NCBI GenBank assembly: GCA_965203355.1
Contig: OZ241889.1
Location: 3,040,001 to 3,104,000 of the forward strand
Length of the DNA: 64,000 nt
Source of the DNA: Candidatus Latescibacterota bacterium
GTDB taxonomy: Bacteria; Latescibacterota; UBA2968; UBA8231
Direction: 5' to 3'
Part shown: in pieces, positions 29,431-38,801 of the stretch
How the letters are laid out: each line of letters begins with the position of its first letter
Numbering within the stretch: position 1 is the first letter of the stretch
Notes under the pieces: generated by a model
What the model was told of the DNA's origin: nothing
Database searches by the model: none
Seen by the model: the letters and a program-made list of their open reading frames with translations, nothing else
Translations under genes and position numbers: made by a program

Positions 29431-30902
29431 TGCGGCGGTCCTTGCTCGGCGCGTAAGTTGCGCAACACGCGCCGGGCCACTTCGCGGTCGTCAAAAGCCA
29501 CGACGCGGTCGGCGAGTTCTTGCTCCTGTTCGTGCCCTTTGCCGGCAATAAGTACAACATCCCCGCTGTGCGCAGAGGCCAGAGCCGTAGCAATCGCTTG
29601 GGCGCGATCGACCTCGCAGTGAATCGCGCGGCGGTCCGATACGCCAGCGACCATATCATCGATGATGCGCGGCGGATCTTCGCTGCGCGGGTTGTCCGAA
29701 GTCAAGATCGTCCAATCGGCCAACTCGCTAGCAACGCGGCCCATCAGCGGTCGCTTGCCGCGGTCGCGCGCCCCGCCACAGCCACAGACGCAGATCAAGC
29801 GACCGCTAGCCAAATCGCGGGCGGCGTGCAAAACCCTTTCTAGGGCATCCGGGGTGTGGGCATAATCCACGATGACCGCAAAATCCTGCCCTTCGACAGT
29901 CTGCTCACAGCGGCCCGGGACGCCCGCTAGAGCGGCCAAGCCGCCACACAGTGCGGCGGCATCCAAATCCAGTGCCAACCCGGTGGCCACGACGGCCATA
30001 GTATTGTAGCAGTTGAAACGACCGATCAAAGGCGTCCGCACCTCAATGGGGCCGGCTGGGGTATCCAAGCACAAGTGCGTTCCCGGCGGACTAGCGGCTG
30101 CGCTCTGCAACCGCACCTCGGCCTCCGGGCCACAGCCATACGTCACAACGCGCGCCTCGGTCCGGCGGACCAATTCGTCGGCGTAGGCGTCGTCGGCGTT
30201 AATCACCGCAATCGCACCTTCTTGCAGGCTTTCAAAAAGCTGGGCCTTGGCCGCAAAGTACGCCTCCCAAGTCCCGTGAAAATCCAAGTGATCGCGCGTC
30301 AGATTCGTAAAGACCGCCGCCCGAAAGGGAATGCCCTCCACCCTTTTTAAGGCCAGCCCATGAGAAGACACTTCTAACACGGCCGCTTGCTTGCCAGCAT
30401 CGACAAGCCGGCGCAGTAAGCCATGTAACTGGACGGCCTCGGGCGTTGTATTGTCCATCTTCTCCAATGCGCCATCACACCCAAATCCCAAGGTCCCCAA
30501 GTAACCACACGACAGGCCAGCGGCTTCGAGGGCACTCCTGAGCAGGAAGGCAGTAGTGGTCTTGCCGTTGGTGCCGGTGACGCCGACGTTGAGCAGGGCT
30601 CGTCCGGGAAAGGCGTAAAAACGCGCCGCCATGCGGGCCAATGCGGCCCGGCAATCCGCCACCTGCACCTGCGTTACTCCATTGCAATCGATCCGATCCT
30701 CCACCATCACGGCGCGGGCGCCGCGGGCTATGGCGTGCTCGACAAAGCGATGCCGGTCCTGTTCCTGTCCCCCGCGCACAGCCACGAAAAAGTCGCCTTT
30801 CTCCACATAGCGCGAATCGCAGCGGATCTGCCCTAGTTCAATAGCGGGATCGCCCTCTACCCGGGCGTCCGGTAGCTCTTTGAGTAGGTATTTCAACTCC
30901 AT
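29418..30902 (-). CDS. murE: UDP-MurNAc-dipeptide--2,6-diaminopimelate ligase
   Basis: GTNGKTT, EVSSH, TNLTRDHLDFH, DYAHTPDA and DNPR (DAP-type). Confidence 0.96.
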   Translation of the reverse strand: MELKYLLKELPDARVEGDPAIELGQIRCDSRYVEKGDFFVAVRGGQEQDRHRFVEHAIARGARAVMVEDRIDCNGVTQVQVADCRAALARMAARFYAFPGRALLNVGVTGTNGKTTTAFLLRSALEAAGLSCGYLGTLGFGCDGALEKMDNTTPEAVQLHGLLRRLVDAGKQAAVLEVSSHGLALKRVEGIPFRAAVFTNLTRDHLDFHGTWEAYFAAKAQLFESLQEGAIAVINADDAYADELVRRTEARVVTYGCGPEAEVRLQSAAASPPGTHLCLDTPAGPIEVRTPLIGRFNCYNTMAVVATGLALDLDAAALCGGLAALAGVPGRCEQTVEGQDFAVIVDYAHTPDALERVLHAARDLASGRLICVCGCGGARDRGKRPLMGRVASELADWTILTSDNPRSEDPPRIIDDMVAGVSDRRAIHCEVDRAQAIATALASAHSGDVVLIAGKGHEQEQELADRVVAFDDREVARRVLRNLRAEQGPPQCAL

Positions 30903-32681
30903 CTAAATACCGCTCGAACTTTGGGCTACGACTTGGGTCATGTCGCGCAACCCCGGCACGGTCGGCACCTCTTTCTGCGGCTGTCTAGCGGCTGGGTCGA
31001 CCAACAAGCCACCAGGCAACCTGATGATCCGCTTCATCACCCGGCGAAAGGTCGGGGCCGCCACAGAGCCTCCCCACCCGTTCACGCTGGGGTTTTCGAC
31101 CATAATCACGCACGCGTACTGGGGATTGTTGGCGGGCAGAAAGCCGGCGAATGAAGCTATACTGGCGTTGGGATCGTAGCCGCTGCCATCGGCTAAGGCA
31201 CGCTGAGCGGTGCCGGTTTTTCCGGCGATAGCCACGCCTTCGATGCGGGCCTTTTGCCCGGATCCCCTTTCCACGACTCCAGTCAAAACCTCGCTCAGCG
31301 TGGCCGCGGTCTTCCGACTCACGACTCGGCGGATCGGCTGGGGGGCACCGCGCTCGTCGAGCCGACCGTCCGGGCCAATCGTCCCGGCAACGAGCCGTGG
31401 CGCCATCAGCATGCCGCCATTGGCAATGGCTCCGTACGCCATGGCGAGCTGTAGGGTCGTCACGCCGATTTCCTGTCCGATGGCAATGGTTGCCAGCGAC
31501 CGCGTGGACCATTGATCGACTTCCTGCAATAAACCAGGCGTTTCCGCTGGCAAGTCAATGCCGGTGCGGATGGCAAAGCCGAAGTTGCGGATGTATTCGT
31601 AAAAACGATACCGCGACAGCCGCTGCGCCAGCTTGATCGTGCCGATGTTGCTCGATTTTTCCAAGACCTGAGCAAAAAGCAAATCGCCGTGCGGCTCGAC
31701 ATCGCGGATCGCATCCCCATTGGCCAACTCGAACGCCCCTTGCTCGCAAAAGACGCGATCGTACAGGCTGGCCAACCCGTCTTCAAGAACGGCGGCGGCC
31801 GCGATAATTTTGAAGGTCGAGCCGGGCTCGTACACGTCGGTTATCGCCCGATTACGCCTGAGTTCCGGCGACGAGCGGGACACTTTATTGGGATCGAAAA
31901 GCGGCAGGTTGGCCATGGCCAGCACCTCGCCGCTGCCCGGGACGATGATGACGCCCAAAGCACCTTGGGCCTTTGAGCGGTCGATGGCCCGTTGTAACTC
32001 TTCCTCTAAAATGCTCTGATAGACCGCGTCGATGGTCAGCATCAGGTCGCGGCCGTGCTTTGGCTCTTGGCGTTGCTGTTGCCGCCCGGGGACTTGCTTG
32101 CCCCGGGCATCAACGTAGGCCAATATCGACCCGTCTTTTTCGCTCAGCACGTCGTCGAAAGTCCGCTCAATCCCCTCTCGGCCTCTATTGTCGATGTTGG
32201 TGTGCCCGATGAGTTGACCAGCCAGCGGCCCCAAAGGATACTGGCGGCGGGTCTCTGGATGTTGGGACACACCGGCGTACGCAACCTCGCCCACGTCCGC
32301 GTCAGCCACCTGACGCGCCAGATAGACAAATTGCTTGCCCCCGCGCAGTTGGCGCTCGATGGATTCGGCCTGTTTATCGCTCAGGGACGCGAAGCGGGCG
32401 GCTACGCGCTTGGGATCCTCAACCTGATCGGGATAGGCGTAAAACGACGTGGCTGGGACATCTACGGCCAAATAGTTGCCACGCCGATCGACGACCCGAC
32501 CCCGGCTCGCTTTCAGCGTACGGTGCTCAAGGTACTGTGCATGGGCCTCGGCTCGGTAGGCCTCGTGCCTAAAGAACTGGATTTGGACGAGGCGCACAGA
32601 CAGCCCCAACCACGCCACGGCACCCAAAACCACGACCCAGCGCAGCCGCCCCATGCCCTTATGTTGCACCCGTAGCCCCAT
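30903..32681 (-). CDS. ftsI: class B penicillin-binding protein (FtsI/PBP3)
   Basis: EPGSTFK (SxxK), SSN and KTGT motifs. ATG overlaps the ftsL stop. Confidence 0.93.
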   Translation of the reverse strand: MGLRVQHKGMGRLRWVVVLGAVAWLGLSVRLVQIQFFRHEAYRAEAHAQYLEHRTLKASRGRVVDRRGNYLAVDVPATSFYAYPDQVEDPKRVAARFASLSDKQAESIERQLRGGKQFVYLARQVADADVGEVAYAGVSQHPETRRQYPLGPLAGQLIGHTNIDNRGREGIERTFDDVLSEKDGSILAYVDARGKQVPGRQQQRQEPKHGRDLMLTIDAVYQSILEEELQRAIDRSKAQGALGVIIVPGSGEVLAMANLPLFDPNKVSRSSPELRRNRAITDVYEPGSTFKIIAAAAVLEDGLASLYDRVFCEQGAFELANGDAIRDVEPHGDLLFAQVLEKSSNIGTIKLAQRLSRYRFYEYIRNFGFAIRTGIDLPAETPGLLQEVDQWSTRSLATIAIGQEIGVTTLQLAMAYGAIANGGMLMAPRLVAGTIGPDGRLDERGAPQPIRRVVSRKTAATLSEVLTGVVERGSGQKARIEGVAIAGKTGTAQRALADGSGYDPNASIASFAGFLPANNPQYACVIMVENPSVNGWGGSVAAPTFRRVMKRIIRLPGGLLVDPAARQPQKEVPTVPGLRDMTQVVAQSSSGI

Positions 32682-32980
32682 CAATCCCCTTCCCAATGGG
32701 CCAGTGCGTCGCTCATGCCATCGACCGTTTTCGCGGGGTAGATCATGCCGAGCTGGCCAATGGCCACCTTCTCGATCAAGCCGGAGTTTTTCCGCGCCAC
32801 GATGGCCGTCAACAGCTTGGTGCGCTCGCGGTCGAGTTCGACTAATTGGGCCTCAGCCTGGCTGATGCTACCGGCCACACTCGCCATTTCGACCTTTTGC
32901 CAGACGTGGAACAGGGCCGCCCCAGCCATCATCCCGATGAGAATGCCCCATCTGACGCAGGAAACTCCGCCTTTGATCAT
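32681..32980 (-). CDS. ftsL: cell division protein FtsL
   Basis: Lies between rsmH and ftsI. TM helix, coiled coil and IEKVA..LGM motif. Confidence 0.8.
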   Translation of the reverse strand: MIKGGVSCVRWGILIGMMAGAALFHVWQKVEMASVAGSISQAEAQLVELDRERTKLLTAIVARKNSGLIEKVAIGQLGMIYPAKTVDGMSDALAHWEGD

Positions 32981-32981
32981 G

Positions 32982-33908
32982 TCAAGCTCCCCCAGTTTTT
33001 TCGTAAATCCTCAAAACAGCACTGCGCGCCCGCGCATTTTGCGCGACCTCGGCTGCACCCGCTCGCTGCAACTTGGGGCCCACTCGCTTGAACGACGGTT
33101 TCCGCCCGCACGTACAAACGGGTACGCGCGGCGGACAAATGCAGCCGCGCGCTAGCCCCGCTAAATGCTGCTTGACCAAGCGATCCTCCAAGGAGTGATA
33201 GGCCATCACCGCTAGCCGGCCGCCGGGCTTCAACTCCGTCTCTACCGCCGCCAACCCCGCCTGCAACTGCCCCAACTCGTCGTTGACGGCAATGCGCAGG
33301 GCTTGGAACACGCGCGCCAGCGTCTTGTTGAGCATCTGGGGCCGCGTGGCCGCTACGGCCTGCCGCAAAGCCTGCGTAGTAGTCAAGGGCGCGCGCCGTT
33401 GCTGCCGGCAGATCGAGCAGGCGATCCGCCGCGCGGCGCGCTCTTCCCCGTAGCGCACAATCAACTCGGCCAACTCGGCTTCGCCGCACGCGGCGATCAA
33501 TTCGGCCGCCGTTTGGCCAACTCCTGCATCCATTCGCATGTCGAGCGGCCCGTCGGCTCGATAGCTGAATCCCCGAGCCGGTGCGTCGATTTGATGCGAC
33601 GAAACCCCCAAGTCGAACAGGACGCCGCTCAACGGCCCGAGCCCCTCTTGCGACAACAACTGGCGCAATTCGGCAAAGCACCCCTGCCGCACGACGACCC
33701 GCGGATCGGCGGCCAACTTTGCTCGCACGGCCGCTACGGCCTCTTGATCGCGATCCACGGCCAGCAGCCGCCCTTGGGGGCTGAGCACCTGCAGCAAAGC
33801 CGAACTGTGGCCACCGCCGCCCGCGGTCGCATCCACGTACGTGCCGTCTGGATCGGCGACTAGCCCGACGATCACTTCCTCGACCATGACCGGAATGTGG
33901 TATGCCAT
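32982..33908 (-). CDS. rsmH: 16S rRNA (C1402-N4)-methyltransferase
   Basis: HIPV, DATAGGGGHS, DLGVSS, PLDMRM, YHSLEDR, ARSA. Confidence 0.96.
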   Translation of the reverse strand: MAYHIPVMVEEVIVGLVADPDGTYVDATAGGGGHSSALLQVLSPQGRLLAVDRDQEAVAAVRAKLAADPRVVVRQGCFAELRQLLSQEGLGPLSGVLFDLGVSSHQIDAPARGFSYRADGPLDMRMDAGVGQTAAELIAACGEAELAELIVRYGEERAARRIACSICRQQRRAPLTTTQALRQAVAATRPQMLNKTLARVFQALRIAVNDELGQLQAGLAAVETELKPGGRLAVMAYHSLEDRLVKQHLAGLARGCICPPRVPVCTCGRKPSFKRVGPKLQRAGAAEVAQNARARSAVLRIYEKTGGA

Positions 33909-33918
33909 AGTACATATT

Positions 33919-34362
33919 TTAACGGTCTATTTCAGAGTCTGCTAAACTATCGGCGAGATCTTCCATCGGCGGGAAATCCTCGCTGTTTTCCGGGCTCCAA
34001 AATTCCAATTTGTCCAACATGCCGATGATGACCATTTGATTGGTGATGCCGGCCTTGTCCAGCAGTTTGCGCGGGATGCCGGTCCGTCCCTGCCGGTCTA
34101 ACTTTACTTCGGCCGCATGCGAAACCATAGAGCGAATGAAGGCCCGCACCTCGCGTTTAGTCGTCGGCAGACGCAAGAGTTGTTCGGCTTTCGCTTCCCA
34201 TTCGGTCCAAGAATAGGCCACCAAGCAGTTGTCGAATCCGCGCATTACCACCAGCGTGTCGGGCGCTTCGGGCGGCAGTTTCTTGCGGAACTCCGCTGGC
34301 ACGAAAATTCGCCCCTTGTCATCGACGGGAACCTCGTATCTACCAGTGAAAAACTGCGCCAT
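33919..34362 (-). CDS. mraZ: transcriptional regulator MraZ
   Basis: Duplicated DxKGR / DxQGR motifs. First gene of the dcw cluster. Confidence 0.95.
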   Translation of the reverse strand: MAQFFTGRYEVPVDDKGRIFVPAEFRKKLPPEAPDTLVVMRGFDNCLVAYSWTEWEAKAEQLLRLPTTKREVRAFIRSMVSHAAEVKLDRQGRTGIPRKLLDKAGITNQMVIIGMLDKLEFWSPENSEDFPPMEDLADSLADSEIDR

Positions 34363-34391
34363 CTTAATGCCCACGCTAGGCTAAAATCTCT

Positions 34392-34456
34392 GTTACACCC
34401 TTTTCCACCACTACACTCCACAACCCAAGAATATGCCCATCTTAACAGGAAGTCAA
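34392..34456 (-). promoter_or_regulatory. mraZ promoter with MraZ-box direct repeats
   Basis: TTGACT-17-TATTCT at 34456-34428, followed by 10-bp-periodic GTGGAGTGTA/GTGGTGGAAA/AGGGTGTAAC. Confidence 0.65.
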
Positions 34457-34590
34457 GCACGGATTTCCTGTTGTTTTCTAAGTAGATACGTCTATTTCAA
34501 AGTAAATCACACTTATTAGTGTAAATAAGAACACAAATCAGTGTATTACTCTACTCTCTTTAATCACACCTATCAGTGTTATATTCACAT

Positions 34591-34632
34591 ACAAAAAGGG
34601 GTTGAACCGTGTGTGGTCCAACCCCTTTTTGT
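34591..34632 (-). terminator. intrinsic terminator after trmB (possibly bidirectional)
   Basis: Hairpin acaaaaaggggttg...caaccccttttt with A and T tails. Confidence 0.7.
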
Positions 34633-34645
34633 ACATCAGATGCCT

Positions 34646-35248
34646 TTACAGCGATATTTTTTTAACGACGCGGCGGTAGATTGGCCGACCTTCAGCGAGA
34701 AACTTGTCTTCGTAATTGGTCCGCACTCCCAACCACTCGACATCCGCCTCCAGCAAACACGAGCTGGTTGCCAATGCGGCGAGCATGATCGCGAAATAGT
34801 CGGCGCAATCCGTCGCTAGCCACAATTGGCCACCCACGCACAACGTGCGCTCGACTTCACGTAGAAACTCCTCGTTAAACAACCGCCGCTTGTGGTGCCG
34901 CTTCTTGGGCCAAGGATCGGGAAAGTACATGTGATAAGCCTGCACCGAGGCCGAGGCCACGAAGAATTCGACGAATTCCCGCGCATCTACGTGCGCGAAT
35001 CGCACGTTGCCGAGATTGCGGCGCCCGGCGCGCTGCTGGGCAATGCGTGCGTATTTGACCGCCCATTCGACTCCGACGAAATTCACGGCGGGCTGGCGGC
35101 GGGCCGCGTCCATAATAAAGCGCCCTTTGCCAATGCCGATTTCGACCTCCACCGGCTGATCGTTGCCAAAAACCTCCCGCCAATTCAACGTCGGATCTTG
35201 GTCTGGGTTATCCGGCAACGCCAAAAAACCCGCCCCGGTCTGCTCCAT
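34646..35248 (-). CDS. trmB: tRNA (guanine-N7)-methyltransferase
   Basis: EIGIGKG, FPDPWPKKRHHKRR, LATD, TNYE. Confidence 0.95.
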   Translation of the reverse strand: MEQTGAGFLALPDNPDQDPTLNWREVFGNDQPVEVEIGIGKGRFIMDAARRQPAVNFVGVEWAVKYARIAQQRAGRRNLGNVRFAHVDAREFVEFFVASASVQAYHMYFPDPWPKKRHHKRRLFNEEFLREVERTLCVGGQLWLATDCADYFAIMLAALATSSCLLEADVEWLGVRTNYEDKFLAEGRPIYRRVVKKISL

Positions 35249-35260
35249 CAAATTCTCCCT

Positions 35261-35299
35261 AAAGAAAAGGCGCTCCCCTAGGTAGCGGGGGAGCACCTT
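35261..35299 (-). terminator. probable intrinsic terminator after moeB
   Basis: Minus strand aaggtgctcccc...ggggagcgcctt followed by ttcttt. Confidence 0.55.
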
Positions 35300-35323
35300 A
35301 CAAACAACACTGCGAGTCGCCGC

Positions 35324-36511
35324 TTAACCGGCAGCCTCACTGTGCGAAGGCAAGCCGCAAAACTGCTCGTAGTCAATCAACTCAGTGACGGTCGGGTCGT
35401 CGCCGCACACCGGGCACTCCCGGTCGCGCCGGAGCTTGAGTTCGCGGAATTTCATCTCTAGTGCGTCGTAGAGCAACACCCGCCCCACCAAGGAAGTTCC
35501 CTGCCCCAACAGCAACTTGACGACCTCGGTGGCCTGCATCAGCCCGATGATGCCGGGCAAGACGCCCAAGACCCCGCCCTCGGCGCAACTGGGTACCTCC
35601 CCGGGCGGTGGCGGCTCGGGATAGAGGCAGCGATAGCACGGACCGTCCCCGGGCGCGTACACGGTGGCCTGGCCTTCAAAGCGAAAAATACTGCCGTCCA
35701 CCACGGTTTTTTTCTGCATGACGGCCGCGTCGTTGACCAAATAGCGGGTCGGGAAGTTGTCGCAGCCATTGACCACAAGGTCGTAGCCGTCCATGACCTC
35801 AAAGATATTGTGCGACGTCAACATTTCGTAGTGTGGGTGTATCTCAATGCCGGGGTTGATGTCGAGCAAGCGGTCGCGGGCGGCTTCGACCTTGGGCCGA
35901 CCGACATCGGACTCGCCAAACAGCACTTGCCGCTGCAAGTTGCTCTTATCGACGACATCGGCATCGACCAAGCCGATCTTGCCGACGCCGGCCGCGGCCA
36001 AGTACAGGGCCGTCGGACAACCCAAACCACCGGCCCCCACCAGCAACACCCGGCCCTTGAGCAACTGCTGTTGCCCCTGCTCACCGACTTCGGGCAGGAT
36101 CAGATGCCGGGCGTAGCGCTGCAAGTCTTCTTCGGAAAGCAGGCCCCCTTGCTCAATTGCATAGCCAGCGTCCTTCCAGCCTTTGATGCCGCCGATCATG
36201 GACTTGGCATTGGCGTAGCCCATAAAAGCCAAATCGCGCACGGCCAAGGCCGAGCGGTTGCCCCCAGCGCAATAGAGCACGATTTCCGCGCCGCGATCTA
36301 CGGTCACGTCTTCTTCGATGTTGAGCTCCAAAAAACCGCGTGGGATCAACTCGGCCCCGGGTATATAGCCGTCCATGACTTCTTCCCGCTCGCGCACATC
36401 TATGACGTGCATCGATCGGCCCGCTTGGAGGGCTTCTTTAACTTCGGCTGGCGTCACTTCGGCGATTTCGGCTTTTACGCGCGCTAACAGCTGATTGGAT
36501 GTAACAGTCAT
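35324..36511 (-). CDS. moeB: rhodanese-MoeB/ThiF fusion adenylyltransferase
   Basis: N-terminal rhodanese (DVRE, YCAGGNRS), then RYARH, GAGGLG, SNLQRQ and CYRC/CPVC zinc motifs. Confidence 0.9.
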   Translation of the reverse strand: MTVTSNQLLARVKAEIAEVTPAEVKEALQAGRSMHVIDVREREEVMDGYIPGAELIPRGFLELNIEEDVTVDRGAEIVLYCAGGNRSALAVRDLAFMGYANAKSMIGGIKGWKDAGYAIEQGGLLSEEDLQRYARHLILPEVGEQGQQQLLKGRVLLVGAGGLGCPTALYLAAAGVGKIGLVDADVVDKSNLQRQVLFGESDVGRPKVEAARDRLLDINPGIEIHPHYEMLTSHNIFEVMDGYDLVVNGCDNFPTRYLVNDAAVMQKKTVVDGSIFRFEGQATVYAPGDGPCYRCLYPEPPPPGEVPSCAEGGVLGVLPGIIGLMQATEVVKLLLGQGTSLVGRVLLYDALEMKFRELKLRRDRECPVCGDDPTVTELIDYEQFCGLPSHSEAAG

Positions 36512-37710
36512 ACGCTCTCCTCGATTGCTAATGCACCGTCGCGCAAGCGCTCGACCTGCGCGACTGTGCGGTCAATGGCAAATTCCACTTCGGCCATAGT
36601 ATTAAAACGCCCTAACCCAAAGCGCAGCGAAGCCCTCGCCAAATCATCGCTTGCGCCGATGGCTTTGAGGACGTGTGAAGGGGCACTCGTCCGCGACGAA
36701 CAGGCCGCACCCGAAGATAGTGCGATCTCGCGCAACCCCAACAGCAGTTCGGTTCCATCCACGGCGGGAAAGCTCACGTTGAGGTTGCCCGGCAAGCGCT
36801 CTTCTGCGTGGCCATTGACGACTAAGGGACCGAGCGCGTCCTCCAACCCAGCGCACAACCGCCGCCGCATTTGCACCAAGCGCGCCGCTTCCTCGGCCAT
36901 CTCCTCACGCCCCAACTGACAGGCGCGTCCTAAACCGACGATGCCCGGCACATTGAGCGTGCCGCCGCGCAGGCCGCGTTCCTGCCCGCCGCCCTCGACT
37001 TGGGCCTGCAAGCGGACGCGCGGCTTGCGCGAGCGCACGTAGAGGAAGCCGACGCCCTTGGGAGCGTAGAGTTTGTGGCCGGAAGCCGAGAGCAGATCTA
37101 TGCCCAGTGCTTCCACATCAAGCGGCATCTTACCAACCGCTTGGGCGGCGTCGCAGTGCCACAAGACGCCGCGCGCACGCGCCAATCGCCCAATCGCCGC
37201 CAGCGGCTGCAAGACCCCAATCTCGTTGTTAGCTGCCATGAGCGAGATGAGGGCCGTCTGCGGAGTGATGGCCGCTGCGAGTTGGTCGAGGTCAATCTGA
37301 CCGTAGCGGTCCACAGGTAAATAAGTCACCGCTACCCCTTGCTGCTCTAAGGTATGGCAACACTCCAAGACGGCCTTGTGCTCAATGGCACAAGTGACGA
37401 TGTGCGCTCCAAGAGGGACCTGCTGAATCGCGCCTTTGATGGCCAAATTGTTGGCCTCTGTAGCTCCGGACGTAAAGACGATCTCCTGAGCGCACGCGCC
37501 GATCAATCCGGCCACCTGTTCTCGCGCCTTTTCGACCGCGTCAGCGGCGGCCAAACCAAAGGCGTGGGTCTTGCTAGACGCATTGCCGAAATGCGTACCA
37601 AAGTAAGGCAACAGGTCCGCCAAGACGCGCGGGTCCACCGGCGTGGTGGCCATGTTGTCCATATAGACCGGAACTTGCACAGCGCGTCGCTCAGGCACTG
37701 AAGGACTCAC
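36508..37710 (-). CDS. iscS: cysteine desulfurase
   Basis: YMDNMATTP, FTSGATEANN, SGHKLYAPKG, SSGAACSS. Start may be the GTG at 37698 or 37680. Confidence 0.93.
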   Translation of the reverse strand: MSPSVPERRAVQVPVYMDNMATTPVDPRVLADLLPYFGTHFGNASSKTHAFGLAAADAVEKAREQVAGLIGACAQEIVFTSGATEANNLAIKGAIQQVPLGAHIVTCAIEHKAVLECCHTLEQQGVAVTYLPVDRYGQIDLDQLAAAITPQTALISLMAANNEIGVLQPLAAIGRLARARGVLWHCDAAQAVGKMPLDVEALGIDLLSASGHKLYAPKGVGFLYVRSRKPRVRLQAQVEGGGQERGLRGGTLNVPGIVGLGRACQLGREEMAEEAARLVQMRRRLCAGLEDALGPLVVNGHAEERLPGNLNVSFPAVDGTELLLGLREIALSSGAACSSRTSAPSHVLKAIGASDDLARASLRFGLGRFNTMAEVEFAIDRTVAQVERLRDGALAIEESV

Positions 37711-38014
37711 CGCATCCGCAGGTGGTGCGGGCGTTGGGGTTTTCGATCTTAAAGCCTGTCCCCATCAACCCGTCGTGGTAGTCGAGGGTGACGCCGTTGA
37801 GATAAAGGCTGCTCTTCATGTCGATGAAAACCTTGACGCCGGCGATTTCAAAGACGTGGTCCATGTCGCCGGCACTTTCCTCGAAATCGAGCTTGTACTG
37901 GAACCCCGAACACCCTCCACCCATCACGCCCAGGCGCAGCCCATGCCCCTCGTTGCCCTGTTCGCCGAGCAAGCCCTTGATCTTTTGGGCTGCCGCTTCC
38001 GTTATAGTTACCAT
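37691..38014 (-). CDS. iscA: iron-sulfur cluster assembly accessory protein (IscA/ErpA/HesB)
   Basis: GGCSGFQY and NPNA..TCGCGESF. Confidence 0.92.
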   Translation of the reverse strand: MVTITEAAAQKIKGLLGEQGNEGHGLRLGVMGGGCSGFQYKLDFEESAGDMDHVFEIAGVKVFIDMKSSLYLNGVTLDYHDGLMGTGFKIENPNARTTCGCGESFSA

Positions 38015-38022
38015 GTTTCCTC

Positions 38023-38484
38023 TCAAGATTCGTAAATGGCGCACTCTATGATGTCGGGCACCTCGTCGTGCCGCCGATAGACCTCGCAGTGGTGACAATC
38101 CCGCTCAATGACCTTGACCGCACAGCCAAAACAGCCACTGAGAATCTCAATGGCCCGTCGGTTCCGCTTCTTCATAAGCGAATACTGGCGAATGCGCTCG
38201 TCGATCCGACGCTCTTGCTCGGTGAGGTACTCGACCAACTCTCGCGCCAAGCCGCCGCCCGACTCATTGCCGTGCTTCAGATTGAAAAACACGCGGATGT
38301 GCTCTAGTTCAAAGCCCAAATCCTTGAGGCTTTGGACGATTTGCAAGCGGCGCAACTGCGCTTCCGAGTACAGACGAAACCCGCCGGCGGTGCGCTCATC
38401 TGGCTCGACGATTCCCAGTTCTTCATAGTAGCGAATCGTGCGCGGTGTGACCCCGGCCTTGGCGGCCAAATCCCCTATTTGCAT
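38023..38484 (-). CDS. MerR family regulator with C-terminal Cys cluster
   Basis: IGDLA...TIRYYE..G...GFRLY HTH. C-terminal CFGC...CHHC...C. Confidence 0.88.
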   Translation of the reverse strand: MQIGDLAAKAGVTPRTIRYYEELGIVEPDERTAGGFRLYSEAQLRRLQIVQSLKDLGFELEHIRVFFNLKHGNESGGGLARELVEYLTEQERRIDERIRQYSLMKKRNRRAIEILSGCFGCAVKVIERDCHHCEVYRRHDEVPDIIECAIYES

Positions 38485-38517
38485 GGAGACATCTTTCGCT
38501 GCGAGGTGGTGGCAAGC

Positions 38518-38546
38518 AATGTACTTGACGTGAACGTAAGTGTCAA
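38518..38546 (-). promoter_or_regulatory. sigma70 promoter with overlapping palindromic operator upstream of merR
   Basis: TTGACA-17-TACATT. The spacer holds the near-palindrome CTTACGTTCACGTCAAG. Confidence 0.6.
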
Positions 38547-38801
38547 CGCATCGACCCCGTAGAGCTTATTGTGTATAGAAGGTACAAGATAGGTTAAACC
38601 AACATCTCCGAAAGCCCGGAGAGATACGCGCAATGACCGCACACATTGCATTCTGTACTCTGACAGTCCAGCACTTCGACACGCATAGTCGTCGGCATCT
38701 GTCGCCCAGCCCCAATGATTCTCCGCCTCCCAAGTCATCAAAGGGTCGGCGATCGCGCAACTGGAATTGCACCGGCCCGGCGGACCGCTGCGACGAAGAT
38801 G

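Noticed and set aside
22335-33915. Many long antisense or alternate-frame ORFs over the dcw genes (for example 22360-23478 and 32977-33915)
   Set aside because: Expected shadow ORFs in GC-rich coding DNA, with no recognisable motifs.
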